NCBI GenBank assembly: GCA_963849365.1
Contig: CAWKHA010000004.1
Span: 1,430,227-1,494,226, forward strand
Direction of reading: 5' to 3'
DNA: 64,000 nucleotides
Source: an uncultured Actinomycetota bacterium
GTDB lineage: Bacteria; Actinomycetota; Actinomycetes; Prado026
The position numbers and the translations under genes were made by a program. Below the pieces are notes generated by a model that was not told the origin of the DNA, did no database searches, and worked only from the letters and a program-made list of their open reading frames with translations. Of the stretch, positions 38,651 to 52,598 are shown one piece after another (positions within the stretch are counted from its first letter, which is position 1; each line of letters starts with the position of its first letter).

Positions 38651-38706
38651 GAACGACCACCTCTGAACGACCACCCCTGAACGACCACCCCTGAACAACG
38701 AACAGG
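38651..38706 (+). repeat. 14-nt direct tandem repeat (gaacgaccacccct) x3 plus a degenerate 4th copy, 14-69 nt upstream of the rpsL start
   Basis: Read from the sequence: gaacgaccacctct gaacgaccacccct gaacgaccacccct gaacaacgaacagg. Confidence 0.8.
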
Positions 38707-38719
38707 ACACGGAGACGCG

Positions 38720-39093
<374 letters not shown>

Positions 39094-39094
<1 letters not shown>

Positions 39095-39564
39095 TGCCCC
39101 GCAAGGGCCCGGCCCCCAAGCACCCCGTCGTCGTCGACCCGGTCTACAACAGCCCGCTGGTGACCGCGCTGGTCAACAAGGTGCTGCGCGCCGGCAAGAA
39201 GTCGACCGCGGAGCGCATCGTCTACGGAGCGCTCGAGGGCTGCCGGGACAAGACCGGCACCGACCCGGTCGTGACGCTCAAGCGAGCCCTGGACAACGTC
39301 AAGCCGACGCTGGAGGTCAAGAGCCGCCGCGTCGGCGGTGCGACGTACCAGGTGCCGGTCGAGGTGCGCGCGGGGCGGAGCACGACCCTCGCGCTGCGCT
39401 GGCTGACCTCCTTCTCCCGTCAGCGCCGGGAGAAGACGATGACCGAGCGGCTGATGAACGAGATCCTCGACGCCTCGAACGGCCTGGGCGCGAGCGTCAA
39501 GCGCCGTGAGGACATGCACAAGATGGCTGAGTCCAACAAGGCCTTCGCCCACTACCGCTGGTAG
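39094..39564 (+). CDS. rpsG: 30S ribosomal protein S7
   Basis: 1-nt TAATG overlap with rpsL. S7 family. Confidence 0.96.
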
Positions 39565-39607
39565 TCCGGGCCCCACCCGTACGAGAAACCTGAGGGAAGA
39601 CGCTTCC

Positions 39608-41710
39608 GTGTCCATCGACGCCGACACCGGCCTGGCCCTGGTCCGCAACATCGGGATCATGGCTCACATCGACGCGGGCAAGACCACCACGACCGAGCGG
39701 ATCCTGTTCTACACCGGGATCAACTACAAGATCGGCGAGGTGCACGAAGGCGCTGCGACGATGGACTGGATGCCGCAGGAGCAGGAGCGCGGCATCACCA
39801 TCACCTCCGCCGCGACCACCTGTACCTGGGACGGCCACACGATCAACATCATCGACACCCCGGGGCACGTGGACTTCACCGTCGAGGTGGAGCGCTCGCT
39901 CCGGGTGCTGGACGGTGCCGTCGCCGTCTTCGACGGCGTGGCCGGCGTCGAGCCGCAGAGCGAGACGGTCTGGCGGCAGGCCGACCGGTACAACGTCCCC
40001 CGGATCTGCTTCGTCAACAAGCTCGACCGGGTCGGCGCCGAGTTCCACCGCTGCGTGGACATGATCGTCACGCGGCTGAACGCCACCCCGCTGGTCGTCC
40101 AGATCCCGATCGGGGCCGAGGCGGACTTCACCGGCGTGATCGACCTCGTCGGCATGAAGGCGCTCGTGTGGTCCCCGGAGGCGGCCAAGGGCGAGATGTA
40201 CGACGTCCTGGACATCCCCGCCTCCCATGCCGAGGCGGCCCGTGACTGGCGCGACCGGCTGCTGGAGACCATCGCCGAGAACGACGACGACATGATGGAG
40301 CTGTACCTCGAGGGCAAGGAGCCCGACGAGCACCAGCTCATCGCCGCGATCCGCCGCGCCACGATCGCCAACAAGCTCAACCCGGTCCTGTGCGGGTCGG
40401 CGTTCAAGAACAAGGGCGTCCAGCCCATGCTCGACGCGGTGGTCCGCTACCTGCCCTCGCCGCTGGACGTCGAGGCCATTCAGGGCCACGCGATCGGCGC
40501 CGAGGACCAGGTCCTGGCCCGCAAGCCGATGGAGACCGAGCCGTTCTCCGCGCTGGCGTTCAAGATCATGAGCGATCCGCACCTGGGCAAGCTCACGTAC
40601 ATCCGGGTCTACTCCGGCGCGCTCGAGGCCGGCACCCAGGTGCTCAACAGCACCAAGGGCCGCAAGGAGCGCATCGGCAAGATCTACAAGATGCACGCGA
40701 ACAAGCGCGAGGAGATCGACCGGGTGGGCGCCGGCCACATCGTGGCCGTCATGGGTCTCAAGGACACGACGACCGGCGACACCCTCAGCGACTCGGCCGC
40801 CCCGATCATCCTCGAGTCGATGAACTTCCCGGCCCCGGTCATCCACGTGGCGATCGAGCCCAAGACCAAGGGCGACCAGGAGAAGCTGGGCACCGCGATC
40901 CAGCGGCTGGCCGAGGAGGACCCGACCTTCCAGGTCCGGACCGACGAGGAGACCGGACAGACGATCATCGCCGGGATGGGCGAGCTGCACCTGGACGTCC
41001 TGGTCGACCGGATGCGGCGCGAGTTCAAGGTGGACGCCAACGTCGGCAAGCCGCAGGTGGCCTACCGCGAGACGATCACCAAGGCCGTGGACAAGGTCGA
41101 GTACACGCACAAGAAGCAGACCGGCGGCTCCGGGCAGTACGCGCGCGTGATCATCGCCATCGAGCCCACGGGCGGCGAGGTCGACGGCGGGTACGAGTTC
41201 GTCAACAAGGTGACCGGCGGCCGCATCCCGCGCGAGTACATCCCCTCGGTCGACGCCGGCTGCCAGGAGGCCATGGAGTACGGCGTGCTCGCCGGCTACC
41301 CGCTGGTGGACGTCAAGGTGACCCTGCTCGACGGGGCCTACCACGAGGTCGACTCCTCCGAGCTCGCGTTCAAGATCGCCGGATCGATGGCGTTCAAGGA
41401 CGCGGCCCGCAGGGCCGGACCGGTGATCATGGAACCGATGATGTCCGTGGAGGTCACCACCCCCGAGGACTTCATGGGCGACGTGATCGGCGACCTGAAC
41501 AGCCGCCGCGGCCAGATCCAGGCCATGGACGAGCGGGCCGGGACCAGGGTGGTCACCGCCCTGGTGCCGCTCTCGGAGATGTTCGGATACGTCGGCGACC
41601 TGCGCAGCAAGACGCAGGGCCGAGCCAGCTACTCCATGCAGTTCGACTCGTACGCACAGGTTCCGCAGAACGTGGCCACCGAGATCATCGCCAAGGCACG
41701 CGGCGAGTGA
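39608..41710 (+). CDS. fusA: Elongation factor G
   Basis: GTG 39608 (GAGGGAAG upstream) gives ...[22 protein letters not shown]... The ORF-track start at 39506 overlaps rpsG and is rejected. Confidence 0.95.
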   Translation: MSIDADTGLALVRNIGIMAHIDAGKTTTTERILFYTGINYKIGEVHEGAATMDWMPQEQERGITITSAATTCTWDGHTINIIDTPGHVDFTVEVERSLRVLDGAVAVFDGVAGVEPQSETVWRQADRYNVPRICFVNKLDRVGAEFHRCVDMIVTRLNATPLVVQIPIGAEADFTGVIDLVGMKALVWSPEAAKGEMYDVLDIPASHAEAARDWRDRLLETIAENDDDMMELYLEGKEPDEHQLIAAIRRATIANKLNPVLCGSAFKNKGVQPMLDAVVRYLPSPLDVEAIQGHAIGAEDQVLARKPMETEPFSALAFKIMSDPHLGKLTYIRVYSGALEAGTQVLNSTKGRKERIGKIYKMHANKREEIDRVGAGHIVAVMGLKDTTTGDTLSDSAAPIILESMNFPAPVIHVAIEPKTKGDQEKLGTAIQRLAEEDPTFQVRTDEETGQTIIAGMGELHLDVLVDRMRREFKVDANVGKPQVAYRETITKAVDKVEYTHKKQTGGSGQYARVIIAIEPTGGEVDGGYEFVNKVTGGRIPREYIPSVDAGCQEAMEYGVLAGYPLVDVKVTLLDGAYHEVDSSELAFKIAGSMAFKDAARRAGPVIMEPMMSVEVTTPEDFMGDVIGDLNSRRGQIQAMDERAGTRVVTALVPLSEMFGYVGDLRSKTQGRASYSMQFDSYAQVPQNVATEIIAKARGE

Positions 41711-41792
41711 CCTCGGTGGCCGAGGCTCGGCCCGGCACCACCCCCGACACACCCCGTCAGACGGCGCGACACACTCATTTGGAGGACCCCCA

Positions 41793-42986
<1,194 letters not shown>

Positions 42987-43018
42987 CACCGAGAAGCTCC
43001 ACCAGGCACGATTTCGCG

Positions 43019-43037
43019 TGCCGCACGCCGTGCGGCA
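43019..43037 (+). terminator. Short GC hairpin (tgccgca-cgccg-tgcggca) 30 nt after tuf; possible terminator
   Basis: 7-bp inverted repeat read from the sequence. Weak. Confidence 0.3.
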
Positions 43038-43297
43038 TACTTGCCGGACCTGTTCGGCCGGGTGACCGGGACCTGAGGGTTGCGCGAGCAGCCTCCAGGA
43101 CCCGGCCGCCCGGGCCGGGCCGATCCCCTCCGACCGTCGAAGCCACCAGCGCGGCAGTGCGCCCCCGGCCTCGACACACCCGACCCCGTGGGTCGGTCGA
43201 AGCTGCAGGGCGGCGTCCTCCTCGGGCGCCGGTCCGGGCTGCACGACCAGAGCGCTCCACCCAGGCACATCCGACAGCGAAGGACACCGAAGCCACC

Positions 43298-43606
43298 ATG
43301 GCGGGACAGAAGATCCGCATCCGGCTCAAGGCCTACGACCACGAGGTCATCGACAGCTCGGCGCGCAAGATCGTCGAGACGGTGACCCGTACCGGCGCGC
43401 AGGTCGCCGGCCCGGTGCCGCTTCCGACCGAGAAGAACGTGTACTGCGTGATCCGCTCGCCGCACAAGTACAAGGACAGCCGCGAGCACTTCGAGATGCG
43501 CACGCACAAGCGCCTCATCGACATCCTCGACCCCACCCCCAAGACCGTCGACTCGCTCATGCGGCTCGACCTGCCGGCGGGCGTCGACATCGAGATCAAG
43601 CTCTGA
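43298..43606 (+). CDS. rpsJ: 30S ribosomal protein S10
   Basis: Internal ATG 43298: [27 protein letters not shown]... Confidence 0.95.
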   Translation: MAGQKIRIRLKAYDHEVIDSSARKIVETVTRTGAQVAGPVPLPTEKNVYCVIRSPHKYKDSREHFEMRTHKRLIDILDPTPKTVDSLMRLDLPAGVDIEIKL

Positions 43607-43643
43607 CCCCCGCCCGCGTTCAGACCCAAGGACGACTTCAACC

Positions 43644-44300
43644 ATGAGCAGCACCGTGAAGCGCGACGTGCGCGGCCTCCTCGGCGAGAAGCTCGGCATG
43701 ACGCAGGTCTGGGACGAGAACAACCGCCTCGTGCCAGTGACCGTGGTCAAGGCCGGTCCGTGCGTGGTCACCCAGGTCCGCACCGAGGACTCCGACGGGT
43801 ACAGCGCCGTCCAGCTCGGGTTCGGCGCCATCGACCCGCGCAAGGTGAACAAGCCGCTGGGCGGCCACTTCGAGAAGGCCGGCGTGACCCCGCGCCGCTA
43901 CCTCGTCGAGCTGCGCACGGCCGACGCCGCCGAGTACACCCTGGGCCAGGAGGTCACCGCAGAGGTGTTCGAGGCCGGCCAGCTGGTCGACGTCGTGGGC
44001 ACCACGCGGGGCAAGGGGTTCGCCGGCGTCATGAAGCGGCACGGTTTCAGCGGCGTCGGCGCCTCGCACGGCGCGCACCGAAACCACCGCAAGCCCGGCT
44101 CGATCGGTGGCTGCGCCACCCCGGGTCGTGTGTTCAAGGGCATGAAGATGGCCGGCCGGATGGGCCATGTCCGGCAGACCACGCCGCTGCTGACCGTGCA
44201 GGCCGTGGACGTCGAGAACGGCCTGCTGCTCATCAAGGGCGCGGTGCCCGGCCCCAAGGGCGGCCTCGTCCTCGTCCGCACCGCCGCGAAGGGGAAGTGA
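43644..44300 (+). CDS. rplC: 50S ribosomal protein L3
   Basis: ...[37 protein letters not shown]... Confidence 0.95.
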   Translation: MSSTVKRDVRGLLGEKLGMTQVWDENNRLVPVTVVKAGPCVVTQVRTEDSDGYSAVQLGFGAIDPRKVNKPLGGHFEKAGVTPRRYLVELRTADAAEYTLGQEVTAEVFEAGQLVDVVGTTRGKGFAGVMKRHGFSGVGASHGAHRNHRKPGSIGGCATPGRVFKGMKMAGRMGHVRQTTPLLTVQAVDVENGLLLIKGAVPGPKGGLVLVRTAAKGK

Positions 44301-44305
44301 CCGTC

Positions 44306-45049
44306 ATGGCGACCAGCGGAACCAAGAGCGCCAAGGGCGCCGAGAACGGCGGGGCGACCGTGACCACGGTCGACGTCGTGTCGCCCGCGGGCAAGAAGAC
44401 CGGCACGGTCGAGCTCCCCGCCGAGGTCTTCGACGTGCAGGTCAACGTGCCGCTGATCCACCAGGTGGTCGTCGCCCAGCTGGCGGCCGCTCGGCAGGGG
44501 ACGCACTCGACCAAGACGCGCGGCGAGGTGCAAGGCGGCGGCCGCAAGCCGTACAAGCAGAAGGGCACCGGCCGCGCCCGTCAGGGCTCGATCCGCGCCC
44601 CCCAGTTCGCCGGCGGCGGAGTCGTGCACGGCCCGCACCCGCGCTCGTACGACCAGCGAACGCCGAAGAAGATGAAGGCCGCGGCGCTGCGCGGCGCGCT
44701 GAGCGACCGGGCCCGCGACGGGCGCGTGCACGTGGTCAGCGCCCTGGTCGACGGCGACACCCCCTCGACCCGGACCGCAGTGTCGGTGCTCGAGCACCTG
44801 TCCGAGGGGCGCCACGTGCTGGTCGTCCTGGAGCGTGCCGACGCCGTGTCCTGGAAGAGCCTGCGCAACGTCGACCGGGTGCACCTGCTGGTGCCGGACC
44901 AGCTGAACACCTACGACGTCCTGGTCAGCGACGACGTCGTGTTCACCCGCGGCGCGCTGGAGGCGTTCCTGGCCGGCCCCGCGCGTGGCAAGGGTGCCAA
45001 GGCCGTCGCGACCGAGTCAGAGGTCCTCGAGGAGGGGAGCGAGCAGTGA
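44306..45049 (+). CDS. rplD: 50S ribosomal protein L4
   Basis: Internal ATG 44306. ...[29 protein letters not shown]... Confidence 0.93.
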   Translation: MATSGTKSAKGAENGGATVTTVDVVSPAGKKTGTVELPAEVFDVQVNVPLIHQVVVAQLAAARQGTHSTKTRGEVQGGGRKPYKQKGTGRARQGSIRAPQFAGGGVVHGPHPRSYDQRTPKKMKAAALRGALSDRARDGRVHVVSALVDGDTPSTRTAVSVLEHLSEGRHVLVVLERADAVSWKSLRNVDRVHLLVPDQLNTYDVLVSDDVVFTRGALEAFLAGPARGKGAKAVATESEVLEEGSEQ

Positions 45050-45345
45050 AGATCGCCGACCCGCGCGACATCCTGCTCGCGCCAGTGATCTCGGAGAAGA
45101 GCTACGGCCTCCTCGACGAGAACAAGTACACGTTCCTGGTCCGGCCCGACGCCAACAAGACCCAGATCAAGATCGCGGTCGAGCAGGTGTTCGGGGTCAC
45201 GGTCACGGGTGTGAACACGCTCAACAGGCAGGGCAAGCGCCGTCGCACGCGCGTCGGGTTCGGCAGCCGGCCGGACACCAAGCGCGCCGTGGTCAGCGTC
45301 GCCGACGGACAGCGCATCGACATCTTCGGCGGTCCGGTCTCCTGA
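45046..45345 (+). CDS. rplW: 50S ribosomal protein L23
   Basis: GTGA overlap with rplD. L23 family. Confidence 0.95.
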   Translation: MKIADPRDILLAPVISEKSYGLLDENKYTFLVRPDANKTQIKIAVEQVFGVTVTGVNTLNRQGKRRRTRVGFGSRPDTKRAVVSVADGQRIDIFGGPVS

Positions 45346-45391
45346 CGGGGGCCGGGAAGCACGGGACAGCGACGGGACGAGGACTCGAAAC

Positions 45392-46228
45392 ATGGGAATC
45401 CGCAAGTACAAGCCGACGACGCCGGGTCGCCGCGGCGCCAGCGTCGCCGACTTCGTCGAGGTCACCCGCTCGGAGCCGGAGAAGTCGCTGGTGCGTCCGC
45501 TCATCTCCAAGGGAGGGCGCAACAACGTCGGCCGGGTGACCACGCGGCACCAGGGCGGCGGCCACAAGCGCGCCTTCCGGGTCATCGACTTCCGCCGTCA
45601 CGACAAGGACGGGGTGCCGGCCAAGGTCGCGCACATCGAGTACGACCCCAACCGCACCGCGCGCATCGCCCTGCTGCACTACGCCGACGGGGAGAAGCGC
45701 TACATCCTGGCCCCGAACCGCCTGAGCCAGGGCGACCGGGTCGAGAACGGTCCCTCGGCGGACATCAAGCCTGGGAACAACCTGCCGCTGCGCAACATCC
45801 CGGTCGGCACCGTGGTGCACGCGATCGAGCTGCGGCCCGGCGGCGGTGCCAAGCTCGCCCGCTCGGCCGGTGCCAGCGTCCAGCTCGTGGCCAAGGACGG
45901 CCCGTTCGCGCAGCTGCGGCTGCCCTCGGGCGAGATCCGCAACGTGGACGTCCGCTGCCGCGCGACGGTGGGCGAGGTCGGCAACGCCGAGCAGTCCAAC
46001 ATCAACTGGGGCAAGGCCGGCCGCATGCGCTGGAAGGGCAAGCGCCCGACGGTGCGCGGCGTGGCGATGAACCCGATCGACCACCCGCACGGCGGTGGCG
46101 AAGGCAAGACCTCCGGCGGCCGCCACCCGGTCAGCCCGTGGGGCCAGCCCGAGGGCCGCACCCGCAAGGCCAACAAGTCGAGCGACCGGCTGATCGTCCG
46201 CCGCCGCAGAACCAACAAGAAGCGCTAG
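45392..46228 (+). CDS. rplB: 50S ribosomal protein L2
   Basis: ...[19 protein letters not shown]..., [21 protein letters not shown]. Confidence 0.97.
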   Translation: MGIRKYKPTTPGRRGASVADFVEVTRSEPEKSLVRPLISKGGRNNVGRVTTRHQGGGHKRAFRVIDFRRHDKDGVPAKVAHIEYDPNRTARIALLHYADGEKRYILAPNRLSQGDRVENGPSADIKPGNNLPLRNIPVGTVVHAIELRPGGGAKLARSAGASVQLVAKDGPFAQLRLPSGEIRNVDVRCRATVGEVGNAEQSNINWGKAGRMRWKGKRPTVRGVAMNPIDHPHGGGEGKTSGGRHPVSPWGQPEGRTRKANKSSDRLIVRRRRTNKKR

Positions 46229-46240
46229 GAGCCGTCGCAG

Positions 46241-46522
46241 ATGCCGCGCAGCCTGAAGAAGGGCCCGTTCGTCGACGACCACCTCATCAAGAAGGTGGAC
46301 GGGCAGAACGACAAGGGCACCCACAACGTCATCAAGACGTGGTCCCGGCGCTCGATGATCGTGCCGGCCATGATCGGCCACACGATCGCCGTGCACGACG
46401 GCCGCAAGCACGTGCCGGTGTTCGTGACCGACTCGATGGTCGGCCACAAGCTCGGCGAGTTCGCGCCCACGCGCACGTTCCGCGGGCACGAGAAGGACGA
46501 CCGCAAGGCCCGCCGCCGCTAG
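46241..46522 (+). CDS. rpsS: 30S ribosomal protein S19
   Basis: [15 protein letters not shown]... Confidence 0.96.
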   Translation: MPRSLKKGPFVDDHLIKKVDGQNDKGTHNVIKTWSRRSMIVPAMIGHTIAVHDGRKHVPVFVTDSMVGHKLGEFAPTRTFRGHEKDDRKARRR

Positions 46523-46589
46523 CGGCCGCGGCACACCGAACGCGAGCCAAGACACCAGTCGTAGCCGAAGAGGAGCAAGGGGAACAGCG

Positions 46590-46985
46590 ATGGAAGCCCA
46601 GCGCACGGCCAGGGCGAGCGCGCGGTACGTCCGCGTCACGCCGCAGAAGGCCCGACGCGTCGTGGACCTCATCCGCGGGCTGCCGACCGGGGAGGCGCAG
46701 GCGCTGCTCAGGTTCGCGCCGCAGGCCGCCGGCGAGACGGTGGGCAAGGTGCTGGACAGCGCCGTCGCCAACGCCGAGCACAACCACGACCTCGACCCGA
46801 ACGCCCTGGTGATCACCGAGGCGTACGTGGACGAGGGCCCGACGCTGAAGCGGTTCCGCCCGCGCGCGCAGGGCCGTGCGTACCGCATCCGCAAGCGGAC
46901 CAGCCACATCACCGTCGTGGTCGGGCTGAAGGAGAGCACCGAGGTCGCAGCCGCGGCCTCGACCAAGAAGGGGAGGACCCGATAG
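46590..46985 (+). CDS. rplV: 50S ribosomal protein L22
   Basis: L22 family, 131 aa. Confidence 0.93.
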   Translation: MEAQRTARASARYVRVTPQKARRVVDLIRGLPTGEAQALLRFAPQAAGETVGKVLDSAVANAEHNHDLDPNALVITEAYVDEGPTLKRFRPRAQGRAYRIRKRTSHITVVVGLKESTEVAAAASTKKGRTR

Positions 46986-47794
46986 TGGGCCAGAAGGTCA
47001 ACCCGCACGGGTTCCGCCTGGGCATCACCACCGACTTCAAGAGCCGGTGGTACGCCGACAAGCTCTACAAGGACTACGTCAAGGAAGACGTCGCCATCCG
47101 CAAGATGATGACCAAGGGCATGGAGCGGGCCGGCATCTCGCGCGTCGAGATCGAGCGCACCCGCGACCGCGTCCGCGTGGACATCCACACCGCCCGGCCG
47201 GGCATCGTCATCGGCCGCCGTGGCGCGGAGGCCGACCGCATCCGTGGCGACCTGGAGAAGCTGACCGGCAAGCAGGTGCAGCTCAACATCCTCGAGGTCA
47301 AGAACCCCGAGACGGACGCGCAGCTCGTCGCGCAGGGCGTGGCCGAACAGCTCGCCAGCCGGGTCTCCTTCCGCCGGGCGATGCGCAAGTCCATGCAGTC
47401 GGCCATGAAGGCGGGCGCCAAGGGCATCCGCGTGCAGTGCTCGGGCCGCCTGGGCGGGGCCGAGATGAGCCGCTCGGAGTTCTACCGCGAGGGTCGCGTC
47501 CCGCTGCACACGCTCCGGGCGAACATCGACTACGGGTTCTTCGAGGCCCGGACGACGTTCGGCCGGATCGGCGTGAAGGTGTGGATCTACAAGGGGGACG
47601 TGATCGGCGGCAAGGCTGAGCGCGAAGTCCAGCTCCCCGGCCGCGGTGCCCCGCGCAGCAGCGCGCGCCCGGCCGGCCGCGCCCCGCGCCGCCCTGCCGG
47701 CCGCGAGGCGGGCGTCCCGAGCGCCGCCGTGGCCGGCGACGAGCCCGTCGCCGAGGTCGCCGTGGCGCCGGCCGAGCCCGGAACGGAGGCCTGA
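46985..47794 (+). CDS. rpsC: 30S ribosomal protein S3, with an Ala/Pro/Arg-rich C-terminal tail
   Basis: GTG sharing 1 nt with the rplV stop. KH and S3-C domains. Confidence 0.95.
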   Translation: MGQKVNPHGFRLGITTDFKSRWYADKLYKDYVKEDVAIRKMMTKGMERAGISRVEIERTRDRVRVDIHTARPGIVIGRRGAEADRIRGDLEKLTGKQVQLNILEVKNPETDAQLVAQGVAEQLASRVSFRRAMRKSMQSAMKAGAKGIRVQCSGRLGGAEMSRSEFYREGRVPLHTLRANIDYGFFEARTTFGRIGVKVWIYKGDVIGGKAEREVQLPGRGAPRSSARPAGRAPRRPAGREAGVPSAAVAGDEPVAEVAVAPAEPGTEA

Positions 47795-47799
47795 CCCCG

Positions 47800-48219
47800 A
47801 TGCTCATCCCGCGGCGGGTCAAGCACCGCAAGCAGCACCACCCGAACCGCTCCGGAGCGGCCAAGGGCGGCACCCGCGTGACCTTCGGCGAGTACGGCCT
47901 CATGGCCCTCGAGTCGGCGTACGTCACCAACCGGCAGATCGAGGCCGCCCGTATCGCCATGACCCGGCACATCAAGCGTGGCGGGAAGGTCTGGATCAAC
48001 ATCTACCCGGACCGACCGATCACGAAGAAGCCGGCCGAGACCCGCATGGGCTCCGGCAAGGGCTCGCCCGAGTGGTGGGTGGCCAACATCAAGCCCGGAC
48101 GGGTCATGTTCGAGCTGTCGTACCCGAGCGAGAAGACCGCGCGCGAGGCGCTGCTGCGCGCCGCGCACAAGCTCCCGATGAAGTGCCGGATCGTCCGGCG
48201 CGAGGCAGGTGAGATCTGA
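47800..48219 (+). CDS. rplP: 50S ribosomal protein L16
   Basis: [15 protein letters not shown]... Confidence 0.96.
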   Translation: MLIPRRVKHRKQHHPNRSGAAKGGTRVTFGEYGLMALESAYVTNRQIEAARIAMTRHIKRGGKVWINIYPDRPITKKPAETRMGSGKGSPEWWVANIKPGRVMFELSYPSEKTAREALLRAAHKLPMKCRIVRREAGEI

Positions 48220-48452
48220 TGGCAGCGGGCACATCGGCCACGGAGCTGCGCGACGCCACCGCCGACGACCTGGTGGAGAAGCTGACAGAGGCCAAGAAGG
48301 AGCTGTTCAACCTCCGGTTCCAGGCGGCCACCGGCCAGCTGGAGAGCCACGGACGGCTGCGCGCGGTCCGCAAGGACATCGCCCGGATCTACACGGTGAT
48401 GCGCGAGCGCGAGCTCGGCATCACGGCCGAGCCGACGGACGGTGCGGCATGA
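48219..48452 (+). CDS. rpmC: 50S ribosomal protein L29
   Basis: 1-nt TGATG overlap. L29 family. Confidence 0.92.
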   Translation: MAAGTSATELRDATADDLVEKLTEAKKELFNLRFQAATGQLESHGRLRAVRKDIARIYTVMRERELGITAEPTDGAA

Positions 48453-48784
48453 GCGAGAGCACCGGAAGCGCCGAGGGCGCGGAGAAGGACACCATGAGCC
48501 AGAGCACCACCGCCGCCGCGGCGGCGACCGAGCACCGCGGCTTCCGCAAGACCCGCGAGGGCCTGGTGGTCAGCGACAAGATGGACAAGACCGTCGTGGT
48601 CGCCGTCGAGGACCGCGTCAAGCACGCCCTGTACGGCAAGGTCATCCGCCGCACCAGCAAGCTGAAGGCCCACGACGAGGCCAACGCCTGCGGGGTCGGC
48701 GACCGCGTGCTGCTCATGGAGACCCGCCCGCTCAGCGCGACCAAGCGCTGGCGCGTCGTGGAGATCCTCGAGAGAGCCAAGTAA
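48449..48784 (+). CDS. rpsQ: 30S ribosomal protein S17
   Basis: ATGA overlap with rpmC. ...[31 protein letters not shown]... Confidence 0.93.
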   Translation: MSESTGSAEGAEKDTMSQSTTAAAAATEHRGFRKTREGLVVSDKMDKTVVVAVEDRVKHALYGKVIRRTSKLKAHDEANACGVGDRVLLMETRPLSATKRWRVVEILERAK

Positions 48785-48860
48785 CCCACCGTTCCGTCAG
48801 GCTCGGACGGCCCGGTAGCACCCGGGGCGCCGAGAACCGGCAGACAACCAGGAGACCGAC

Positions 48861-49229
48861 GTGATCCAGCAGGAGTCGCGACTTCGAGTCGCTGACAACA
48901 CCGGAGCCAAGGAGATCTTGTGCATCCGGGTGCTCGGCGGCTCGGGCCGGCGCTACGCCGGCATCGGCGACGTCATCGTGGCCACCGTCAAGGACGCCAT
49001 CCCGGGCGGCAACGTCAAGAAGGGCGACGTCGTCAAGGCCGTGGTGGTGCGCACCGCCAAGGAGCGCCGCCGGCCCGACGGCTCGTACATCCGTTTCGAC
49101 GAGAACGCCGCGGTGATCCTCAAGCCCGACGGCGACCCGCGCGGTACCAGGATCTTCGGCCCGGTGGGCCGCGAGCTGCGCGACAAGAAGTTCATGAAGA
49201 TCATTTCACTCGCCCCGGAGGTGCTCTGA
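48861..49229 (+). CDS. rplN: 50S ribosomal protein L14
   Basis: [18 protein letters not shown]... Confidence 0.97.
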   Translation: MIQQESRLRVADNTGAKEILCIRVLGGSGRRYAGIGDVIVATVKDAIPGGNVKKGDVVKAVVVRTAKERRRPDGSYIRFDENAAVILKPDGDPRGTRIFGPVGRELRDKKFMKIISLAPEVL

Positions 49230-49232
49230 GCC

Positions 49233-49565
49233 ATGGCGAAGATGCACGTGAAGAAGGGCGACACCGTCCTCGTGATCAGCGGCAAGGACCGCGGCGTGAC
49301 CGGCAAGGTCATCGCCGCCTACCCGCGCGAGCAGCGCGTGCTCGTCGAGGGGGTCAACCGCATCCGCAAGCACACCAAGATCGGCACGTCGACCCGTGGT
49401 GCCAAGACCGGCGGGATCGTCACCCAGGAGGCGCCGATCCACGTCTCGAACGTCATGCCCGTGGTCGAGACCGAGGGCAAGAAGGTCGGTACGCGGGTGG
49501 GTTACCGGGTCGACGACGACGGCACGAAGACGCGTGTGGCGCGCCGCACCGGTGAGGACATCTGA
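49233..49565 (+). CDS. rplX: 50S ribosomal protein L24
   Basis: KOW motif, [21 protein letters not shown]... Confidence 0.95.
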   Translation: MAKMHVKKGDTVLVISGKDRGVTGKVIAAYPREQRVLVEGVNRIRKHTKIGTSTRGAKTGGIVTQEAPIHVSNVMPVVETEGKKVGTRVGYRVDDDGTKTRVARRTGEDI

Positions 49566-50137
49566 TGACGACGGCAACGCAGGGCGAGCGGACGCTGCCG
49601 CGGCTCAAGCAGCGCTACCGGGACGAGATCGTGTCCGGGCTGCGCGAGCAGTTCGGCTACGGCAACGTGATGCAGGTCCCCGGCCTGACCAAGATCGTGG
49701 TCAACATGGGGGTCGGCGAGGCCGCCCGCGACTCCAAGCTGATCGAGGGCGCGGTCAAGGACCTCGCCGCGATCACCGGCCAGAAGCCGTCCGTGACCAA
49801 GGCCCGCAAGTCGATCGCTCAGTTCAAGCTGCGCGAGGGCATGCCGATCGGTGCGCACGTCACGCTGCGCGGCGACCGGATGTGGGAGTTCCTGGACCGG
49901 CTGCTGACCGTCGCGCTGCCGCGCATCCGCGACTTCCGCGGGCTGAACCCCGGCCAGTTCGACGGCCGCGGCAACTACACCTTCGGTCTCACCGAACAGG
50001 CCATGTTCCACGAGATCGACCAGGACAAGACCGACCGGGTGCGGGGCATGGACATCACCGTGGTGACCACCGCCACCACCGACGACGAGGGGCGGGCGCT
50101 GCTGGCGGCTCTCGGCTTCCCCTTCAAGGAGAGCTGA
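49565..50137 (+). CDS. rplE: 50S ribosomal protein L5
   Basis: L5 family, 190 aa. Confidence 0.95.
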   Translation: MTTATQGERTLPRLKQRYRDEIVSGLREQFGYGNVMQVPGLTKIVVNMGVGEAARDSKLIEGAVKDLAAITGQKPSVTKARKSIAQFKLREGMPIGAHVTLRGDRMWEFLDRLLTVALPRIRDFRGLNPGQFDGRGNYTFGLTEQAMFHEIDQDKTDRVRGMDITVVTTATTDDEGRALLAALGFPFKES

Positions 50138-50140
50138 ACC

Positions 50141-50326
50141 GTGGCGAAGAAGGCACTGGTCAACAAGGCGGCGCGCAAGCCGAAGTTCGCCGTCCGCGGC
50201 TACACCCGGTGCAGCCGGTGCGGTCGACCGCACTCGGTGTACCGCAAGTTCGGGCTGTGCCGCATCTGCCTGCGGGAGATGGCCCACCGCGGCGAGCTCC
50301 CCGGCATCACCAAGAGCAGCTGGTAA
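50141..50326 (+). CDS. rpsZ: 30S ribosomal protein S14 type Z (zinc-binding short form)
   Basis: 61 aa with CxxC...CxxC ([20 protein letters not shown]). Confidence 0.93.
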   Translation: MAKKALVNKAARKPKFAVRGYTRCSRCGRPHSVYRKFGLCRICLREMAHRGELPGITKSSW

Positions 50327-50395
50327 CCACCCACGACGAAGGTCCTCGGCCCTGACGGCCGGGGAAACCACGACGAGAAAGGCCATTGGCCAACC

Positions 50396-50800
50396 ATGAC
50401 GATGACGGACCCGATCGCGGACATGCTGACCCGCGTGCGCAACGCCAACCAGGCGTACCACGACACGGTCAGCATGCCGTCCAGCACGTTGAAGACGCGC
50501 ATCGCCGAGATCCTCCAGCAGGAGGGCTACATCGCCGGCTGGCACGTCGACGACAACGAGAACGGCGTCGGGCGCACCCTCGTGCTCGACCTCAAGTACG
50601 GCCCGAACCGGGAGCGGTCGATCGCGGGAGTGCGCCGGGTGTCCAAGCCCGGTCTGCGCGTCTACGCGAAGTCGACCTCGCTGCCCAAGGTCCTCGGCGG
50701 CCTGGGCGTGGCGATCATCTCGACGTCGACCGGGCTCCTGACCGACCGGCAGGCAGCCAAGAAGGGCGTGGGCGGGGAAGTCCTCGCCTACGTCTGGTAG
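50396..50800 (+). CDS. rpsH: 30S ribosomal protein S8
   Basis: [17 protein letters not shown]... Confidence 0.96.
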   Translation: MTMTDPIADMLTRVRNANQAYHDTVSMPSSTLKTRIAEILQQEGYIAGWHVDDNENGVGRTLVLDLKYGPNRERSIAGVRRVSKPGLRVYAKSTSLPKVLGGLGVAIISTSTGLLTDRQAAKKGVGGEVLAYVW

Positions 50801-50818
50801 CAGGGAGGAGGAAGAGTC

Positions 50819-51358
50819 ATGTCGCGTATCGGACGACTGCCCATCCCCGTCCCTGCGGGCGTCGACGTGGCCATCGAAGGCCAGGACGTGCGGGTCAAGG
50901 GGCCCAAGGGAGAGCTGGCGCTCACCGTCGTGCACCCGATCAACGTCGCGAAGGCCGAGGACGGCACGCTGGCGGTGACCCGTCCGGACGACGAGCGGCT
51001 GAGCCGCTCCCTGCACGGCCTGACCCGGACGCTGATCGCCAACATGGTCACCGGCGTCACGTCGGGCTACTCCAAGAGCCTGGAGATCGTCGGGGTCGGC
51101 TACCGCGTCCAGCCCAAGGGCCAGGGCGTGGAGTTCGCGCTCGGCTACAGCCACCCGATCCAGGTGGACGCCCCCGACGGCATCGCCTTCACCGTGGACA
51201 GCCCCACGAAGCTCACGGTGACCGGGATCGACAAGCAGAAGGTCGGCGAGGTGGCCGCGAACATCCGCAAGCTGCGCAAGCCCGAGCCGTACAAGGGCAA
51301 GGGCATCCGGTACTCCGGCGAGGTCGTGCGGCGCAAGGTCGGAAAGGCTGGGAAGTAG
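50819..51358 (+). CDS. rplF: 50S ribosomal protein L6
   Basis: [17 protein letters not shown]... Confidence 0.96.
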   Translation: MSRIGRLPIPVPAGVDVAIEGQDVRVKGPKGELALTVVHPINVAKAEDGTLAVTRPDDERLSRSLHGLTRTLIANMVTGVTSGYSKSLEIVGVGYRVQPKGQGVEFALGYSHPIQVDAPDGIAFTVDSPTKLTVTGIDKQKVGEVAANIRKLRKPEPYKGKGIRYSGEVVRRKVGKAGK

Positions 51359-51360
51359 TC

Positions 51361-51747
51361 GTGGCAGTCCGGACGAAACTGAGCGGGAGCAAGACCGACC
51401 CGCGCATCGTGGGCCGGCGGCGCCGGCACCTTCGGGTCCGCAAGAAGGTCGACGGCTCGGCCCAGCGGCCGCGGCTGGTGGTGACGCGGTCGAGCCGGCA
51501 CGTGTTCGTGCAGGTCGTCGACGACAGCTCGGGCCGCACGCTGGCCTCCGCCTCCACCATGGAGGCCGACCTGCGTACCGTCGGCGCCGACAAGACGGCC
51601 AAGGCGCGCAAGGTCGGCGAGCTGGTCGCGGCGCGGGCCAAGGCGGCCGGCGTCGAGCAGGTCGTCTTCGACCGCGGCGGCAACCGCTACCACGGCCGGG
51701 TCGCGGCCATCGCCGACGGCGCCCGCGAGGGTGGGCTGTCGCTGTGA
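51361..51747 (+). CDS. rplR: 50S ribosomal protein L18
   Basis: Internal GTG 51361. ...[31 protein letters not shown]... Confidence 0.92.
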   Translation: MAVRTKLSGSKTDPRIVGRRRRHLRVRKKVDGSAQRPRLVVTRSSRHVFVQVVDDSSGRTLASASTMEADLRTVGADKTAKARKVGELVAARAKAAGVEQVVFDRGGNRYHGRVAAIADGAREGGLSL

Positions 51748-51805
51748 CCGCACGAGCCCGGACAGGCACGGTACGCACGATCAACAGGACTGAGAGGGAC
51801 CGGTA

Positions 51806-52414
51806 ATGGCTGCACCCCAGCGCCGCGGCGGCGGGGCCGGATCGGGCGAGCGTCGCGACTCCCGTCGCGGCGACCGCCGCGAGGCCGGCGCCGAGAAGAC
51901 CGCGTACGTCGAGCGGGTGGTCGCGATCAACCGCGTCGCCAAGGTCGTCAAGGGCGGCCGGCGCTTCAGCTTCACGGCGCTGGTCGTCGTCGGCGACGGC
52001 GACGGCACGGTCGGCGTCGGCTACGGCAAGGCCAAGGAGGTGCCCGCGGCGATCGCCAAGGGCGTCGAGGAGGCCAAGAAGGCGTTCTTCAAGGTCCCCC
52101 GGATCCAGGGCACGATCCCGCACCCGGTGCAGGGCGAGAAGGCCGCCGGCGTGGTCCTGCTGCGGCCCGCCTCGCCGGGTACCGGAGTCATCGCCGGCGG
52201 TCCGGTGCGTGCCGTGCTCGAGTGCGCCGGGATCCACGACGTGCTGAGCAAGTCGCTCGGCTCCGACAACGCGATCAACGTCGTGCACGCGACGGTCGCG
52301 GCGCTGCGCTCCCTCGAGCGGCCCGAGTCGGTGGCCAGCCGGCGCGGCCTGCCGATCGAGGACGTGGCCCCGCCAGCACTGCTGCGCGCCAGGGCCGCGG
52401 GGGGTGGCTCCTGA
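51806..52414 (+). CDS. rpsE: 30S ribosomal protein S5
   Basis: ...[33 protein letters not shown]... Confidence 0.95.
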   Translation: MAAPQRRGGGAGSGERRDSRRGDRREAGAEKTAYVERVVAINRVAKVVKGGRRFSFTALVVVGDGDGTVGVGYGKAKEVPAAIAKGVEEAKKAFFKVPRIQGTIPHPVQGEKAAGVVLLRPASPGTGVIAGGPVRAVLECAGIHDVLSKSLGSDNAINVVHATVAALRSLERPESVASRRGLPIEDVAPPALLRARAAGGGS

Positions 52415-52596
52415 TGGGTCGCCTCAAGGTCACCCAGAAGCGCTCGCCGATCGGGGGCACCCAGAACCAGCGCGACACGCTGCGCTCCCTGGGGCTCAAG
52501 CGGATGCACGACGTCGTCGTGAAGGAAGACCGCCCCGAGATCCGCGGCATGGTCAACGCCGTGGCGCACCTCGTCACGGTCGAGGAGGTCGACTAG
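52414..52596 (+). CDS. rpmD: 50S ribosomal protein L30
   Basis: 60 aa, [30 protein letters not shown]... 1-nt TGATG overlap with rpsE. Confidence 0.92.
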   Translation: MGRLKVTQKRSPIGGTQNQRDTLRSLGLKRMHDVVVKEDRPEIRGMVNAVAHLVTVEEVD

Positions 52597-52598
52597 CC

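Noticed and set aside
43760-45049. 429-aa ORF-track protein spanning rplC and rplD
   Set aside because: It is a read-through in the rplD frame upstream of its true ATG (44306). rplC (43644-44300) occupies that DNA in another frame with a clear L3 signature.
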